Shown: positions 63,901 to 64,000 of the stretch, one piece after another
How positions within the stretch are numbered: position 1 is the stretch's first letter
How the letters are laid out: every line of letters begins with the position of its first letter
Assembly: GCA_947311255.1 (NCBI GenBank)
Contig: CAMZKL010000016.1
Coordinates: 30,959-94,958 of the forward strand
Length of the DNA stretch: 64,000 nt
From: an uncultured Chlorobiota bacterium
Lineage (GTDB): Bacteria; Bacteroidota; Bacteroidia; Bacteroidales; JAADGE01
Direction of reading: 5' to 3'
Notes under the pieces: model-generated
The model's database searches: none
What the model was told of the DNA's origin: nothing
Seen by the model: the letters and a program-made list of their open reading frames with translations, nothing else
Program-made: the position numbers and the translations under genes

Positions 63901-64000
63901 TGTTATTGTAAATTTTATAATTAAATCCGTTAAATTTTACAGCACCGTTTTGAGTTGCAAACCATAAATACCCTTCTTTGTCTTGTGTTATATAATCTGC
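60947..64000 (-). pseudogene. Beta-propeller (Reg_prop) + Y_Y_Y + TM + SpoIIE/PP2C phosphatase sensor; one reading frame interrupted by two in-frame TGA codons; runs off the right edge
   Basis: Manual translation shows the 60947-62071 and 62321-63205 ORFs and the upstream sequence share one frame; stops only at 62321-23 (KNGDI*FGT) and 63356-58 (DSDDNL*YSS); repeats QDKEGYLWF, EDKKGNIWI; YSYRLIG; SGDFYW, AADCTGHGIPGA, FSDGYVDQF, DDILILG. Confidence 0.8.

Noticed and set aside
1-64000. Genome-wide TGA reassignment (genetic code 4 or 25)
   Set aside because: radC (TGA TGA), the TonB receptor (after its terminal Phe) and the sugar MFS end at TGA in the expected places; Trp is otherwise TGG; the three internal TGAs imply two different amino acids.

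Overview
A very AT-rich chromosomal window from a Bacteroidota bacterium, probably Bacteroidales-like, judged from SusC/SusD pairs, T9SS C-terminal domains, TAnnTTTG promoters and a Rho with a long N-terminal insert. No rRNA, tRNA, CRISPR array or mobile element was seen. Contents from left to right: (1) a giant secreted surface protein of more than 3,300 codons, running off the left edge and broken by one in-frame TGA, with a sigma54-like promoter; (2) housekeeping and metabolic genes (iorAB plus a hotdog-fold protein, GT2, POT/MFS transporter, radC, GH13, merR-like, trmD, CPBP protease, rho, TonB receptor); (3) an ~18 kb minus-strand polysaccharide utilization locus (PUL) with an AgaR-like DeoR regulator and CTTTC-N5-CTTTC operator, a beta-propeller protein, a stand-alone GlmS-type SIS protein, ROK kinase, CsxA-like GH2, two atypical GH26-like lipoproteins, a CBM-T9SS protein, DUF4434, SusC/D, a surface lipoprotein and a sugar MFS, which together point to a non-acetylated amino-sugar glycan as substrate; (4) lptB, pgm, an enzyme-free SusC/D cluster, meaB, a TIGR02757 protein and a T9SS papain-like protease; (5) a beta-propeller/Y_Y_Y/SpoIIE sensor phosphatase running off the right edge with two in-frame TGA codons at Trp positions. 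The best leads are the PUL, the three in-frame TGA codons and two candidate structured ncRNAs. All family calls come from motif recognition by eye; no searches were run.
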